Shown in pieces: positions 47,926 to 57,171 of a stretch of 64,000 nucleotides of DNA. Each line of letters starts with the position of its first letter. Positions within the stretch are counted from its first letter, which is position 1. Source of the DNA: an uncultured virus (IMG/VR IMGVR_UViG_3300035670_013234) (lineage: Duplodnaviria; Heunggongvirae; Uroviricota; Caudoviricetes); IMG/VR virus record IMGVR_UViG_3300035670_013234; one strand, given 5' to 3'. The notes beneath the pieces are model-generated. The model did no database searches. It saw only the letters and a list, made by a program, of their open reading frames with translations, and was not told the DNA's origin. The position numbers were made by a program, and so were the translations under genes.

Positions 47926-48391
47926 ACACTTGCTCCATAGTATCTTTCAGATTTTGATGAAGGATTGCCTTTCCGCCAGCTTCTTCAAATTCTATTACGT
48001 TTCTATATGTGTCGTCAATTAAAAGATGATGTTCATGGGCAAAGTCTTTTTTGTATCTTTTACCAGGAACAATGTTAACTGGTATATGGATGTTATTGTT
48101 TCGAAGCCAGCTAGTTTTATGTTCAGTGATTTCATCATAGAAAAGTTCGCCGCCGCTTGATGAAAGAATCTCTATTGGAATTCTGAAAGAACTGAGAAAC
48201 TGATACAGTTCTTTGCCTTCATGGAACCACTCTAGAGTTTCAAAGTGGCGGCCCTTAACAAACATTTCCCAGAACTCTGACTTTGTAAACGTTCCTTGAA
48301 CTTGCCCTGGAGGAACACCATGCAACTCAATGAAACGTTTATCAAAGTCAGCTATCACACCATCCATATCAAGATATATTTTCTTCACCAT
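47906..48391 (-). CDS. HAD-family 5'(3')-deoxyribonucleotidase-like protein
   Basis: YLDMDGVIADF, LLIDD. Confidence 0.85.
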   Translation of the reverse strand: MVKKIYLDMDGVIADFDKRFIELHGVPPGQVQGTFTKSEFWEMFVKGRHFETLEWFHEGKELYQFLSSFRIPIEILSSSGGELFYDEITEHKTSWLRNNNIHIPVNIVPGKRYKKDFAHEHHLLIDDTYRNVIEFEEAGGKAILHQNLKDTMEQVYESLYR

Positions 48392-48665
48392 ACCGTTCTC
48401 TGTATTTTACATCAGACCTTTGTTCTTGGATAGTCTTTTCGTTAAAGAATTTTCTTGGATTACCACACATATGACAAGAACAAAGTTTACCATGATTAGT
48501 CATCATACCAGTAGCCTTTCTTATCCAGTCATATCTCTCACTTAATTGTAACTCATTCGATAGTCTGTTAGCAACTTTTTTCCACTTATTTTTACTGCGT
48601 ATTTTTTGTTGAAATCTCCGTTGACGTTTCAGTTTGGGATTGATCAGTTCTTGCTCTTCGATCAT
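48369..48665 (-). CDS. hypothetical protein
   Basis: CSCHMCGNPRK motif. Confidence 0.65.
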   Translation of the reverse strand: MIEEQELINPKLKRQRRFQQKIRSKNKWKKVANRLSNELQLSERYDWIRKATGMMTNHGKLCSCHMCGNPRKFFNEKTIQEQRSDVKYRERYGEENIS

Positions 48666-49137
48666 TTAACCACCTTTCATTTGAAATTACAGTAAGACCC
48701 CCCTTGAGCAGTAAGGATATCCCATCGTTCTTCCGATAGTCAAGATCATAGTATACTGCATCAATTCCACTTTGCAGGATTGCCTTAGCGCACTCAATGC
48801 ATGGAGAGTGAGTTAGAAACATTGTGGCTCCTTCTGTTGAATCGTGACTTCTTGATACCTTTAAGATTGCGTTCATCTCAGCATGAATGACTTCTGGTTT
48901 GGTAACTAATGTTTCAGGCCATTCAATATAACTCCTGGAATCCAGATCTACCTCAGTTCCTGCAGGTATCAGAGTTTCGCAGTCGTTGTCAAACCCAGAA
49001 GGAGTGCCGTTGAAACCATAAGATAGGATGCGGTGATCTTTTACAATCACCGCACCTACCTGGAGCCTTCTGGCTCTTGAGAGTTTTGCAACTCTCCTGG
49101 CTACATCAAAATAAAAATCGACAAATCGATTATTCAC
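48592..49137 (-). CDS. cd: dCMP deaminase
   Basis: VGAVIV, GFNG, HAEMNAI, SPCIEC. Confidence 0.92.
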   Translation of the reverse strand: MNNRFVDFYFDVARRVAKLSRARRLQVGAVIVKDHRILSYGFNGTPSGFDNDCETLIPAGTEVDLDSRSYIEWPETLVTKPEVIHAEMNAILKVSRSHDSTEGATMFLTHSPCIECAKAILQSGIDAVYYDLDYRKNDGISLLLKGGLTVISNERWLNDRRARTDQSQTETSTEISTKNTQ

Positions 49138-49594
49138 GTGATAGTAACTTTGGCGTTTGGATTGGGATCACTCGTGGCTTGTGCTGCTCTGGGATAACGT
49201 TCTCAAGTTGAATTGAGAGGACGCCATCTTCCAATTCAGCACCATGCACCACCACACTATCGGCTAGGATAAACGATCGAGTAAATGATCGAGCAGCAAT
49301 ACCTTGCATTAGGTATCGGCGCTTCTCATTCTCTTCTTTTTTCCCAAAGACCTTTAGTGAGTTCTTCTCAACTTTGATTTCAATTTCTTCCTTGCGGAAT
49401 CCTGATACTGCAAGCTCAATGATATACTTGTTTTCATCTTCTTCATCACGAATGATGTTCACAGGAGGATAAGAAGATGTTTGGACTTGGGCTGTTTCAG
49501 CAGCTCGATGTAGGTGATCAATTAGGCTGTCATAGCCTAGTGTGCTTGCAAAGAAACGGTCGTAATTGAAAAGTGATGCGGCTCTGTTCGTCAT
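49130..49594 (-). CDS. hsp20: small heat shock protein (Hsp20/IbpA-like)
   Basis: SYPPVNI, IELAVSGF, GIAARSFTRSF, LEDGVLSI. Confidence 0.93.
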   Translation of the reverse strand: MTNRAASLFNYDRFFASTLGYDSLIDHLHRAAETAQVQTSSYPPVNIIRDEEDENKYIIELAVSGFRKEEIEIKVEKNSLKVFGKKEENEKRRYLMQGIAARSFTRSFILADSVVVHGAELEDGVLSIQLENVIPEQHKPRVIPIQTPKLLSRE

Positions 49595-49645
49595 TTGGAA
49601 CTCCTTAAATAAGCAAGTTAATTAATATGGACCCCGAAGGCATCC
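49595..49645 (-). promoter_or_regulatory. structured hsp20 5' leader (UUCG hairpin + ROSE-like SD hairpin)
   Basis: GGATGCC-TTCG-GGGTCC, then AACTTGCTT-ATTT-AAGGAGTT pairing over the SD. Confidence 0.6.
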
Positions 49646-49650
49646 GATAT

Positions 49651-49658
49651 TATTTATA
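49651..49658 (-). promoter_or_regulatory. T4-type late promoter TATAAATA
   Basis: Exact consensus just past the regA stop, upstream of hsp20. Confidence 0.7.
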
Positions 49659-50063
49659 TCAAGATTCGACTTTTTTCTTCTTACCAATATTATATTTTGA
49701 TACTAAAGTCCAATCATTCTTATCTTTGTGAGCCAACACTTTAATCTGCCCCATCGGAACAATAGGATCAGCAGTCTTACTCTTATCAACAATCTTCACC
49801 AATCCCCACTCAGCGATTAGATTGGTAATCGTATTGCGGCGAGCAATATCGTTTTCGCTGATGCTGGCAGGTTTACCATCAAGAGCGAACAGCTCTTTGA
49901 AGTGCACGATATAGTATTTGCCTTGTTTGTGGAGGATGTGGCAAGATTGATAAAGAACGTTTTGGTTCTTTGCAGCTACACCAATTCTGGTTAGCGTTTC
50001 GCGAACTTTCAGAAAGTCATTTCTTTCTTCTAGTTGCACTTCGACAAGATTTTCGATGCCCAT
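49659..50063 (-). CDS. regA: translational repressor RegA
   Basis: DFLKVRETLTRIG, LYQSCHILHKQGKYYIVHFKELF. Confidence 0.95.
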   Translation of the reverse strand: MGIENLVEVQLEERNDFLKVRETLTRIGVAAKNQNVLYQSCHILHKQGKYYIVHFKELFALDGKPASISENDIARRNTITNLIAEWGLVKIVDKSKTADPIVPMGQIKVLAHKDKNDWTLVSKYNIGKKKKVES

Positions 50064-50064
50064 G

Positions 50065-50445
50065 TTAACCACCTTTATATGTTTTTTTCTTCAACTCGCT
50101 AATATCTTCATCGCTAAGAATACTGAGAGCTTCAAGTGCCTTGGCATCGGAGTAGCCATAGTATTCTTTAACAACCTGCAAATCAGCGGCTTCGACCTTC
50201 TTGTGCCATTTAGCAAATGGACGTTTAAAAGGCTTAATGATATTTAGGCAAAAATCATAGTGGAGTTTATTGTCTAGGTTTGGATACAGATTGAGTTCAT
50301 TTGCAACCAGAACTGTATCTTGATAGTTAGACAAGGCTCGCCCGACCATGAACTTAGGATAGGACTTCTCATCCTGTTCGGTCAGAAGAACGTTTTCCTT
50401 CTTTTGCAGAATGCTCGGTATGATTTCTTTAAAGAGGTCGGCCAT
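50065..50445 (-). CDS. 62: clamp loader small subunit (gp62)
   Basis: Y..FMV.RALS, EYYGYS..KA, C-terminal KGG; between 44 and regA. Confidence 0.9.
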   Translation of the reverse strand: MADLFKEIIPSILQKKENVLLTEQDEKSYPKFMVGRALSNYQDTVLVANELNLYPNLDNKLHYDFCLNIIKPFKRPFAKWHKKVEAADLQVVKEYYGYSDAKALEALSILSDEDISELKKKTYKGG

Positions 50446-51377
50446 TATGAGAATCCACATTCAACCATGATTTCAGTCAAACAGGCAACCATGTTTAGTT
50501 CTTGATCGGCAACAAACGCAGCCTGATATTGATACTTGGCCAGAATCAAAACCAGAGGAGCAATGCTATCGTGGTCAAGAATATCATACATGTTATCATA
50601 GAGCTTGCGGAATACCACAGTTGGATCGTCTCCATTTTCTGCAGCCCACTTGCGCACTCCACCAAAGTTTTTTTCTTTCAGCGCAGAAACCAACTCAGCA
50701 ATTGAAAGATCAGCCACATGAGAAAGAATACCAACGTCGATCTTTCCTGTTGCAGAATACCGCTGAAGCTCATTAAGAACTCGACGATAGTCTGGGAAAT
50801 ACTTTTTGATAACTTCAGCCAGAACAGGCACTTCAAACGGAACGCTCTCTTGCTTGAGAATTTCCATCGCTCTCTTCATAAACTGCTTGGCCATTGCTGG
50901 CTTATCATCCTTGCGCAGTTTAAACTCAACAACAGCACAGCGAGAATGCAGAGGTTCGATGATTCGATTCTTATAATTGCAAGTCATAATGAACGTGCAG
51001 TTATGAGCAAACTCTTCCATCGCGCTACGCATAGCTGGCTGAGTTGAGTTTGGATTCAGGTAGTCAGCTTCGTCAATGATGATAACTTTCTTACCACCAC
51101 CAAATGACATTGTTGACGCATAGCTTTTGATCTTCATTCGGAACGTGTCAATACCAGACTCGTCCGAACCATTGATCATCAGATAATCACAACCAACTTC
51201 CTCGCAGAGTGCTTTGGCAATTGTAGTCTTACCTACGCCTGCTGTGCCGCAGAGAAGAAGGTTTGGAATATCTTTTCGATCGACGTATTTTTGAAAAGTG
51301 TTTTTTAGGTTTTCAGGCAGAATGCAATCTTCAACAGTCTTTGGTCGATACTTCTCGACCCATAGCGATTCGCTCAT
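50445..51377 (-). CDS. 44: clamp loader large subunit (gp44)
   Basis: LWVEKYRP, GTAGVGKTT, IIDEAD, PLHSRC. Confidence 0.95.
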   Translation of the reverse strand: MSESLWVEKYRPKTVEDCILPENLKNTFQKYVDRKDIPNLLLCGTAGVGKTTIAKALCEEVGCDYLMINGSDESGIDTFRMKIKSYASTMSFGGGKKVIIIDEADYLNPNSTQPAMRSAMEEFAHNCTFIMTCNYKNRIIEPLHSRCAVVEFKLRKDDKPAMAKQFMKRAMEILKQESVPFEVPVLAEVIKKYFPDYRRVLNELQRYSATGKIDVGILSHVADLSIAELVSALKEKNFGGVRKWAAENGDDPTVVFRKLYDNMYDILDHDSIAPLVLILAKYQYQAAFVADQELNMVACLTEIMVECGFS

Positions 51378-51382
51378 ATATA

Positions 51383-52039
51383 TCACCCCACATCATCAAA
51401 AAGTTCAAGTATATTGATTGCGTTCTTCACGTCTTCTCTGTTCTTTTTCTCCTGTACATTAGTGGTTGCATTTTTCAGATTAACGACGGAATTACCATAT
51501 TGCCTTCTTAGCATTTTGATTATATGGTTTTCAGTCTTCCTCAATACTTCTTCGAAACTTCCTGGTTGAATTCGTTCAATCTGTTCAAAACTCTTAGTCA
51601 TCCAATCTGGAAATAGATAAGCAGAAACTTTTAGGTGTTGAAAATTTAAACCGAATAGTTCTTGATATAATCTGATATGATTATAATGCCCCAGTTTTTG
51701 ATGTTCATCTCTGATACCAACCAGATCTCTACAATTTCTAGCAATTCTATCAGAAATTTCTCGAGAAGATCCAACATAAATCCATTTTGGAATTTCAATG
51801 CCATTGGTATTCATTAAGATATAAATGCCAGGGCGATTGGCAGTTTTAAACCCAAACTGTTCTGCATGAATATTAAAAGTAGATCTCAAATATTCACTAT
51901 TTACACTACCATCTTCTCTTCTTATATTTGGCAACGACATTAAGTTTGAGTCGTTCGAGAGAAACTCCCAACTCAAACTCAGGAGCAAGTCTTGCATATT
52001 ATACTTTAGGATTGGTTCACCGCACAAATTAATATTCAT
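51383..52039 (-). CDS. GIY-YIG-like protein
   Basis: RPGIYIL...IYVGSS...RI, later E and N. Confidence 0.5.
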   Translation of the reverse strand: MNINLCGEPILKYNMQDLLLSLSWEFLSNDSNLMSLPNIRREDGSVNSEYLRSTFNIHAEQFGFKTANRPGIYILMNTNGIEIPKWIYVGSSREISDRIARNCRDLVGIRDEHQKLGHYNHIRLYQELFGLNFQHLKVSAYLFPDWMTKSFEQIERIQPGSFEEVLRKTENHIIKMLRRQYGNSVVNLKNATTNVQEKKNREDVKNAINILELFDDVG

Positions 52040-52063
52040 AATATATCCATAGTATAGTGAGAG

Positions 52064-52133
52064 ATGGGGATGGGAGGGTGAATTCCTCGGCGAGCAGTCT
52101 GGTTCTTACCGATGCCTTGCGACACATCCCCAT
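52064..52133 (-). ncRNA. candidate structured RNA (multi-stem junction)
   Basis: 9 bp closing stem ATGGGGATG/CATCCCCAT, GCAA tetraloop hairpin, two further stems. Confidence 0.5.
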
Positions 52134-52138
52134 AGTAT

Positions 52139-52390
52139 TTAGCCAACTACATCTTCATATGTTTCCTGCAGTTCTTGCATTGCTGCAGTTTCTTCGGCAA
52201 TATTGCGCTTATGGTAAACTCGGGCAAGTTTGCGCGAAAGCTTCTTTGGCATCTCAAACTCTTCTTCCATTCGATCAAGAATAGCTTTGATATTATCGCG
52301 CTCTGCCTCAATGCGAGTATAAGAGTTTGAGATCTCCTGCAAGCAGTTCTTGATGTCAGCCTTTTCTTTCGGGCTAAATGTGCGAATCAT
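52139..52390 (-). CDS. T4 DsbA-like dsDNA-binding protein
   Basis: EISNSYTRIEAERDNIK...KLARVYHK. Confidence 0.65.
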   Translation of the reverse strand: MIRTFSPKEKADIKNCLQEISNSYTRIEAERDNIKAILDRMEEEFEMPKKLSRKLARVYHKRNIAEETAAMQELQETYEDVVG

Positions 52391-52398
52391 ATTTCACC

Positions 52399-53076
52399 TC
52401 AACCAAAAGTGGATTGCAAAGATTCAATAGCAATGTAATAAACAACTTTCTTGTTCTTATTAGTGAACTTAGCAAGACCTTTCTTAGCAATATCAATTTG
52501 ATAGTCGCCATCAAGCATCTTGAAGTATTCTACCTTCATCACAATTTCAAAAGTAGCACCGTCTCCATCACCAATAGTTGTGCTAGAAACGTCAGAGGAG
52601 TCATCTTTAATATCAGTTGATACAAACTGAATTTTCTTACCATCACTTCTGAATACAAAGTTTGGTGAACCAGAAATTCCTGCGCTCTTACGTTGCCAGT
52701 CAAGATCTTTCTGCGTTAGTTCGAATGAATAGTCAGGATGATCAACGGCAAGAGATTTAGTAGCAGGAATAGTTGTAATCAACGTTGGCGAACAATAGCG
52801 AATGTAATCAGAACGCTTCTTATCGCTTGATACAAATACAACTCGATCTTCTTGGAAATCTAGCTCACAATCACCATACAATGAATGCTTGGCAAGAAAC
52901 TTGTTTAGATCATAGATGGCAAAGTCTTTTGGGAATTTCTCCTCGACCGTTGCCATACCAAGAACAGTCTTGATATTAGACACAGTACCAACTGAAGAAC
53001 CAGCCTTTACGCTGATGCCCTGATTGATTGTGGAGAAGTTCTTGAGAATCTCAAGAGTGTTAGCACTTAGTTTCAT
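52399..53076 (-). CDS. 45: sliding clamp (gp45)
   Basis: MKLSANTLEILKNFSTINQGI, FAIYDLNKFL, YYIAIE. Confidence 0.93.
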   Translation of the reverse strand: MKLSANTLEILKNFSTINQGISVKAGSSVGTVSNIKTVLGMATVEEKFPKDFAIYDLNKFLAKHSLYGDCELDFQEDRVVFVSSDKKRSDYIRYCSPTLITTIPATKSLAVDHPDYSFELTQKDLDWQRKSAGISGSPNFVFRSDGKKIQFVSTDIKDDSSDVSSTTIGDGDGATFEIVMKVEYFKMLDGDYQIDIAKKGLAKFTNKNKKVVYYIAIESLQSTFG

Positions 53077-53717
53077 GATAGCCTCACTTTGTGGTCAAGT
53101 TCATAATTGAAGGATTCATACATTTCAAAGACATCGTCTTTAAGCACATCTAAAGTATAATCGTTTTTTATTGTAAAGTCAACTAAATCCATAAATTGTA
53201 CCCAAGAATATTCACTAGGATGAACTTCTGGATATTTTTCAGCCATTACAACTGATGCATTTTGCTTTCTGGCAACATCAAACCATTCAGGTGAATCTCC
53301 TCTGGAAACCCAGACGATGAATCCGCCCAACTCTTTTATTCTTACCATTTCATTAGGAAAGCGCACATCAGCAATGACATAGTTCTCTTCTGGATTGACT
53401 CGTTTCATCAATGAGAGAATCCACAAGTCTGGATGGAAAATATCACGACCAGCCTCAGTACCAATCCATTGTAATGCTTGGCGCGGAGTGAAAGAGTAGC
53501 CAAACTTCTCACTCCACCAAGCGTCAGGCTTTTCGCGCCACTCTCGAGATTCTTTGGTTTCACCCTCAAGCATCTCGCGGTTCCATCCGAAGATCACTGC
53601 CGCAGCATCCTTTACACCAGCCGCAAAACTTTCTTTCCGAAAGTTATAGTTGCCACTAAGGATGTCTGCGACAGTGCCCTTTCCCGAACCAATTAATCCA
53701 ACAAGACCAATAATCAT
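53073..53717 (-). CDS. deoxynucleoside monophosphate kinase (gp1-like)
   Basis: GLIGSGKGT, TPRQALQWIGTE, DVRFPNE, HPSE. Confidence 0.9.
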   Translation of the reverse strand: MIIGLVGLIGSGKGTVADILSGNYNFRKESFAAGVKDAAAVIFGWNREMLEGETKESREWREKPDAWWSEKFGYSFTPRQALQWIGTEAGRDIFHPDLWILSLMKRVNPEENYVIADVRFPNEMVRIKELGGFIVWVSRGDSPEWFDVARKQNASVVMAEKYPEVHPSEYSWVQFMDLVDFTIKNDYTLDVLKDDVFEMYESFNYELDHKVRLS

Positions 53718-53731
53718 AATATAATCTCCTG

Positions 53732-54529
53732 TTAGAGAGAACCAATATGCCCCGCTACTGCTTGTAGATCTCCATTAAATGCATAGGTTCCAATATGGTG
53801 AGTCTTCATCCAAGGACAGAGCCAGATCTGACCACCAATGTTACGCCACCACTGACAGAACATATAATCTTCTGATAGGTATCGATCTGACTTACCATGA
53901 TCAATTACAGTATCAAAGTATGCATGGATATACCGCGAACCATCAAAGTTATCTTGGCCAACGTGATCAGGCTTATATCGAAGCTCTGGATACGCAGCCT
54001 CAAACTTCTCAAACACATGGCGCTTGATCATCATGTAACCAGTACCAATCTCAAGAACTTCTACTGGCTCGGCAACTGAGAATTTATCAGTGCCTGGAAC
54101 TGGGTTGAACACGTAATCACCAGTTACTTTGTCAAGCTCACCTGGCTCGATGTTTGGATTATTAAGAATTGCTTGCTTGACTGAAGACCACTTGATTGAC
54201 TTCTTGGGATATGGTCCGCCGATGATGTCGCGATCAAGTGCTAGAAGTGCAATAACATCACGCGGATCAAAGTGAATATCTGAGTCAATGAACAACATGT
54301 GCGTAAACCCAGAACGCAGAAATTCATCTACCAGATAGTTTCGAGCCCGAGTGATTAGCGACTCATTAAAGATGAATGAAAATCGAACTTCGATTCCATA
54401 ATTAGAACACAAACCCTGAAGGTCTAGTGCTGATTTGCAATACATACCAAAACATTGTCCACCATACATCGGAGTGGCAACAAAGAGTTTATGTTTACGC
54501 AAATCGTCGAGGGAAATTTCTAGATTCAT
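53732..54529 (-). CDS. GT-A fold glycosyltransferase-like protein
   Basis: VATPMYGG, ESLITRARN, FIDSDI, GTGYMMIKR, SEDYMFC. Confidence 0.75.
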   Translation of the reverse strand: MNLEISLDDLRKHKLFVATPMYGGQCFGMYCKSALDLQGLCSNYGIEVRFSFIFNESLITRARNYLVDEFLRSGFTHMLFIDSDIHFDPRDVIALLALDRDIIGGPYPKKSIKWSSVKQAILNNPNIEPGELDKVTGDYVFNPVPGTDKFSVAEPVEVLEIGTGYMMIKRHVFEKFEAAYPELRYKPDHVGQDNFDGSRYIHAYFDTVIDHGKSDRYLSEDYMFCQWWRNIGGQIWLCPWMKTHHIGTYAFNGDLQAVAGHIGSL

Positions 54530-54564
54530 AATTAGTCACTCCAAGTAAAAATAAAGTACATATA

Positions 54565-55365
54565 TCAACCAAAAAAATCTTCTAGAGTTGCACCAACTTC
54601 AACTTTTGGTCTAGTATCGCGCAATCTGAGTTCAGCTCTGTTCTTAGACTCACGGATATACATGGTACAAAGATCAGGATACTGTTCCGCTAACAACTTA
54701 GCGTTTTTGGTTATATTCTCTTCCTTACGAGCATCAGTGCCTTGCATTCCACCTGGCTCGTTATAGTATTTAGTCTTAATTGTAACATCATCCAATCGAA
54801 TAACTGCACCATCTTTCAAATAATGTTGCAATGTTCTTTGGTAATCTTCCTTCTCGTCAATAGTACAAACTAGATCTGAGTCGTGTCTATTAATGACTCC
54901 CCATAAAGCACCAACGCAAAAATACAATCCTACTGAAACTCTGTTTTTCATAAACATAGGATTGTTGACTGCATATACACCAAATAGATATGCATTATGC
55001 TTTATACATTCGTTGAATCCGCGAAAGATAACTTGTTCCTCAAGGTTCTCCACTGGAACTACAGTTTTATCATCAACCTTGCGTAAGACATCATATACAT
55101 CATCATCAAAACAAACTAAGTTTGTTCCTACTGGATAATACTTTTGGATCACTCTACGTTGAGCTTGTAGAGTAATTTCTCCAACAACAATATTTTTATA
55201 TGGAGTATTTTTTAGTTCTTTGGCATAGTCATCATACTCTTGTTCATTAGCAACAAAAACTGTTACCCTCTCAGGATCAATGTTATGCTTACTCAACACA
55301 GCAAGAGTTTTTTCACGAACTCCTGATGCTCTACGATAGCTAGGAATTGCTATTCTATAATCCAT
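54565..55365 (-). CDS. TET-associated glycosyltransferase (TAGT/GREB1-like)
   Basis: IAIPSYRR, CFDDD, KEDYQRTL, PGGMQ; directly downstream of TET/JBP. Confidence 0.75.
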   Translation of the reverse strand: MDYRIAIPSYRRASGVREKTLAVLSKHNIDPERVTVFVANEQEYDDYAKELKNTPYKNIVVGEITLQAQRRVIQKYYPVGTNLVCFDDDVYDVLRKVDDKTVVPVENLEEQVIFRGFNECIKHNAYLFGVYAVNNPMFMKNRVSVGLYFCVGALWGVINRHDSDLVCTIDEKEDYQRTLQHYLKDGAVIRLDDVTIKTKYYNEPGGMQGTDARKEENITKNAKLLAEQYPDLCTMYIRESKNRAELRLRDTRPKVEVGATLEDFFG

Positions 55366-55376
55366 AGTAACCTCTA

Positions 55377-56726
55377 TTATTCAAATAGATCTTCAAGCGT
55401 AGAAATTTTTTCTTTTTCTTGTGGGTGATACTTATTCAACATTTCTTCGCCGCCAGTATCACGAAGAAAATCATACCACTCTTGCTGATTCCACATATTC
55501 TCAGATACGCCATTCCAAAGTGGGCGCCATAGTGGATGTTCTTTGTTCTTGCGTCGAGCTTCTACATACTGGAAACGGATATCTTCATATTCTTTGCTGC
55601 CAAGTTCAAGCATCTTCTCACGAAAATAACAAACAAGGCTGATGCGTTCTGATCCTTCTTCAGCAACAATCGGAGTGTTGCCATGAATAATTTCATGGTT
55701 GTTTACCAGTAGCAAATCACCTGGCCTAACATTAACAGCAATACGATACTCAGGAAAAACTAAATAGCCGCCAGTATACTTGCCATCGTTCGATAGTACA
55801 AGAAGATTACTTAGGCCATCAGAAAAATCACCAGCGTCTCGATGGCATGCAGTTTGGAAATTTTTATTTACTGTGATCGTTGTGAAAACAGTCCCTGGAA
55901 CAAGGAACGATGCATCAATACGATCTGCTGCAGATCTTTGGGCTTGCCAACGTAATGGAAGTAATTCTCGAAATCCTCGGTTGAGCGACTGAAGGAATGG
56001 AAATGCCATCTTGAATTTGTCGAAGTTGTTTTGCGTATAGGCTGTTGCTCGTCCATATGGAATCCTCGGGTATCGATCGAACCAGCCAGCAATTCCTGAA
56101 AAGACTTGGTTGGCATAGGTCGTATCTGAGATATATTTCTTTTCTACATTTAGAGCCGATGCCTTTCTATCAGCAGGGCTCATCTTTAGAACAGACTCCA
56201 ACCAATTCTCAAATACAAATTCGTCTTTCTTAATTTTTGCAGATAACCAAACTAATCCTCTTGGTGATTCAGTGTTAGAAAACTTCTCACGAAGCAAGGC
56301 AACTTCATCAGCAATATCAAATTCAATAGTTGATTCAGGTATTTTGGCAAAAAGATCAAGCACCTGAAGTTGGAACTCATTGACCCAATCGCGATTAAGA
56401 CATTTCTCGCCTTTGGGTCCAGCGGCCAACCCTCGATTTTGCGAAGGTGCAGCTGCATCGCGCAACCCTAGATATGCTTGCTTCTGTTCCTTGTTAGTAA
56501 AAAAATTCTTTCGGAATTTAAATGCGATTGTCGCTTCGTTAGCGCCCGAAGGGCAATCTTCACACTCAGTTTCACAAGTTGCTTTTGTTACAGCATCACA
56601 AGGAGGAATCTTGTAACAATCAGTATCTTCTTCAATCAAAATATCATAATGTGATTCGTCAACAAATTGACCGAGAAGATGCTCGCAATCATATTTAGTT
56701 TTAGCGACGATTACATTCACACTCAT
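55377..56726 (-). CDS. TET/JBP-family 2OG-Fe(II) dioxygenase
   Basis: TVFTTITVNKNFQTACHRDAGD (HxD), GGYLVFPE, HGNT, RISLVCYFRE. Confidence 0.8.
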   Translation of the reverse strand: MSVNVIVAKTKYDCEHLLGQFVDESHYDILIEEDTDCYKIPPCDAVTKATCETECEDCPSGANEATIAFKFRKNFFTNKEQKQAYLGLRDAAAPSQNRGLAAGPKGEKCLNRDWVNEFQLQVLDLFAKIPESTIEFDIADEVALLREKFSNTESPRGLVWLSAKIKKDEFVFENWLESVLKMSPADRKASALNVEKKYISDTTYANQVFSGIAGWFDRYPRIPYGRATAYTQNNFDKFKMAFPFLQSLNRGFRELLPLRWQAQRSAADRIDASFLVPGTVFTTITVNKNFQTACHRDAGDFSDGLSNLLVLSNDGKYTGGYLVFPEYRIAVNVRPGDLLLVNNHEIIHGNTPIVAEEGSERISLVCYFREKMLELGSKEYEDIRFQYVEARRKNKEHPLWRPLWNGVSENMWNQQEWYDFLRDTGGEEMLNKYHPQEKEKISTLEDLFE

Positions 56727-56755
56727 AACAAAAACTCTGGGAGGGTGGTATTAGT

Positions 56756-56784
56756 ATTATATATGCAACTTGCATATGAAGCAA
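56756..56784 (-). promoter_or_regulatory. sigma70-type promoter with palindromic spacer
   Basis: TTGCTT-17 nt-TATAAT; ATATGCAA-G-TTGCATAT inverted repeat at 56761-56777. Confidence 0.6.
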
Positions 56785-56809
56785 ATAAAAAGGGGGACTT
56801 ACGTCCCCC
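56783..56809 (-). terminator. rho-independent terminator
   Basis: GGGGGAC-GTAA-GTCCCCC then TTTTTATTT. Confidence 0.85.
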
Positions 56810-56826
56810 AGAATCAACAGCCAATA

Positions 56827-57114
56827 TTACTGGCTGATTAGAGCATCAGCATAGAGCGCACGGCGAGCCCGAGCGATGTGACGACTCTGCATATTACGGA
56901 CGAAGCTCTGGCTAGGAGTGCCAATGCGGTATGCAAAGGTCTCTTCACCACGCGAAGTCGTCACCCGATTGGTGTAAATCGGAACACCTTCGTTGCGAAG
57001 GCGATAGACAAGATCAGAAACATTGCTGACTTTGAACATGGTACGAGCCTGCTTGGTCGTAACTTGTTCGCCACGGGAAAGGTAGTTCAGAAAAGAAGAA
57101 CGAGCACTCATCAT
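56827..57114 (-). CDS. winged-HTH DNA-binding protein
   Basis: VTTKQARTMF.VSNVSDLVYRLRNEG..IYTN. Confidence 0.7.
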   Translation of the reverse strand: MMSARSSFLNYLSRGEQVTTKQARTMFKVSNVSDLVYRLRNEGVPIYTNRVTTSRGEETFAYRIGTPSQSFVRNMQSRHIARARRALYADALISQ

Positions 57115-57171
57115 ACAATCACCTCAGTTGGTTAGGAAACAAACATGGCCAGTTTACCCGACCATGTATTC

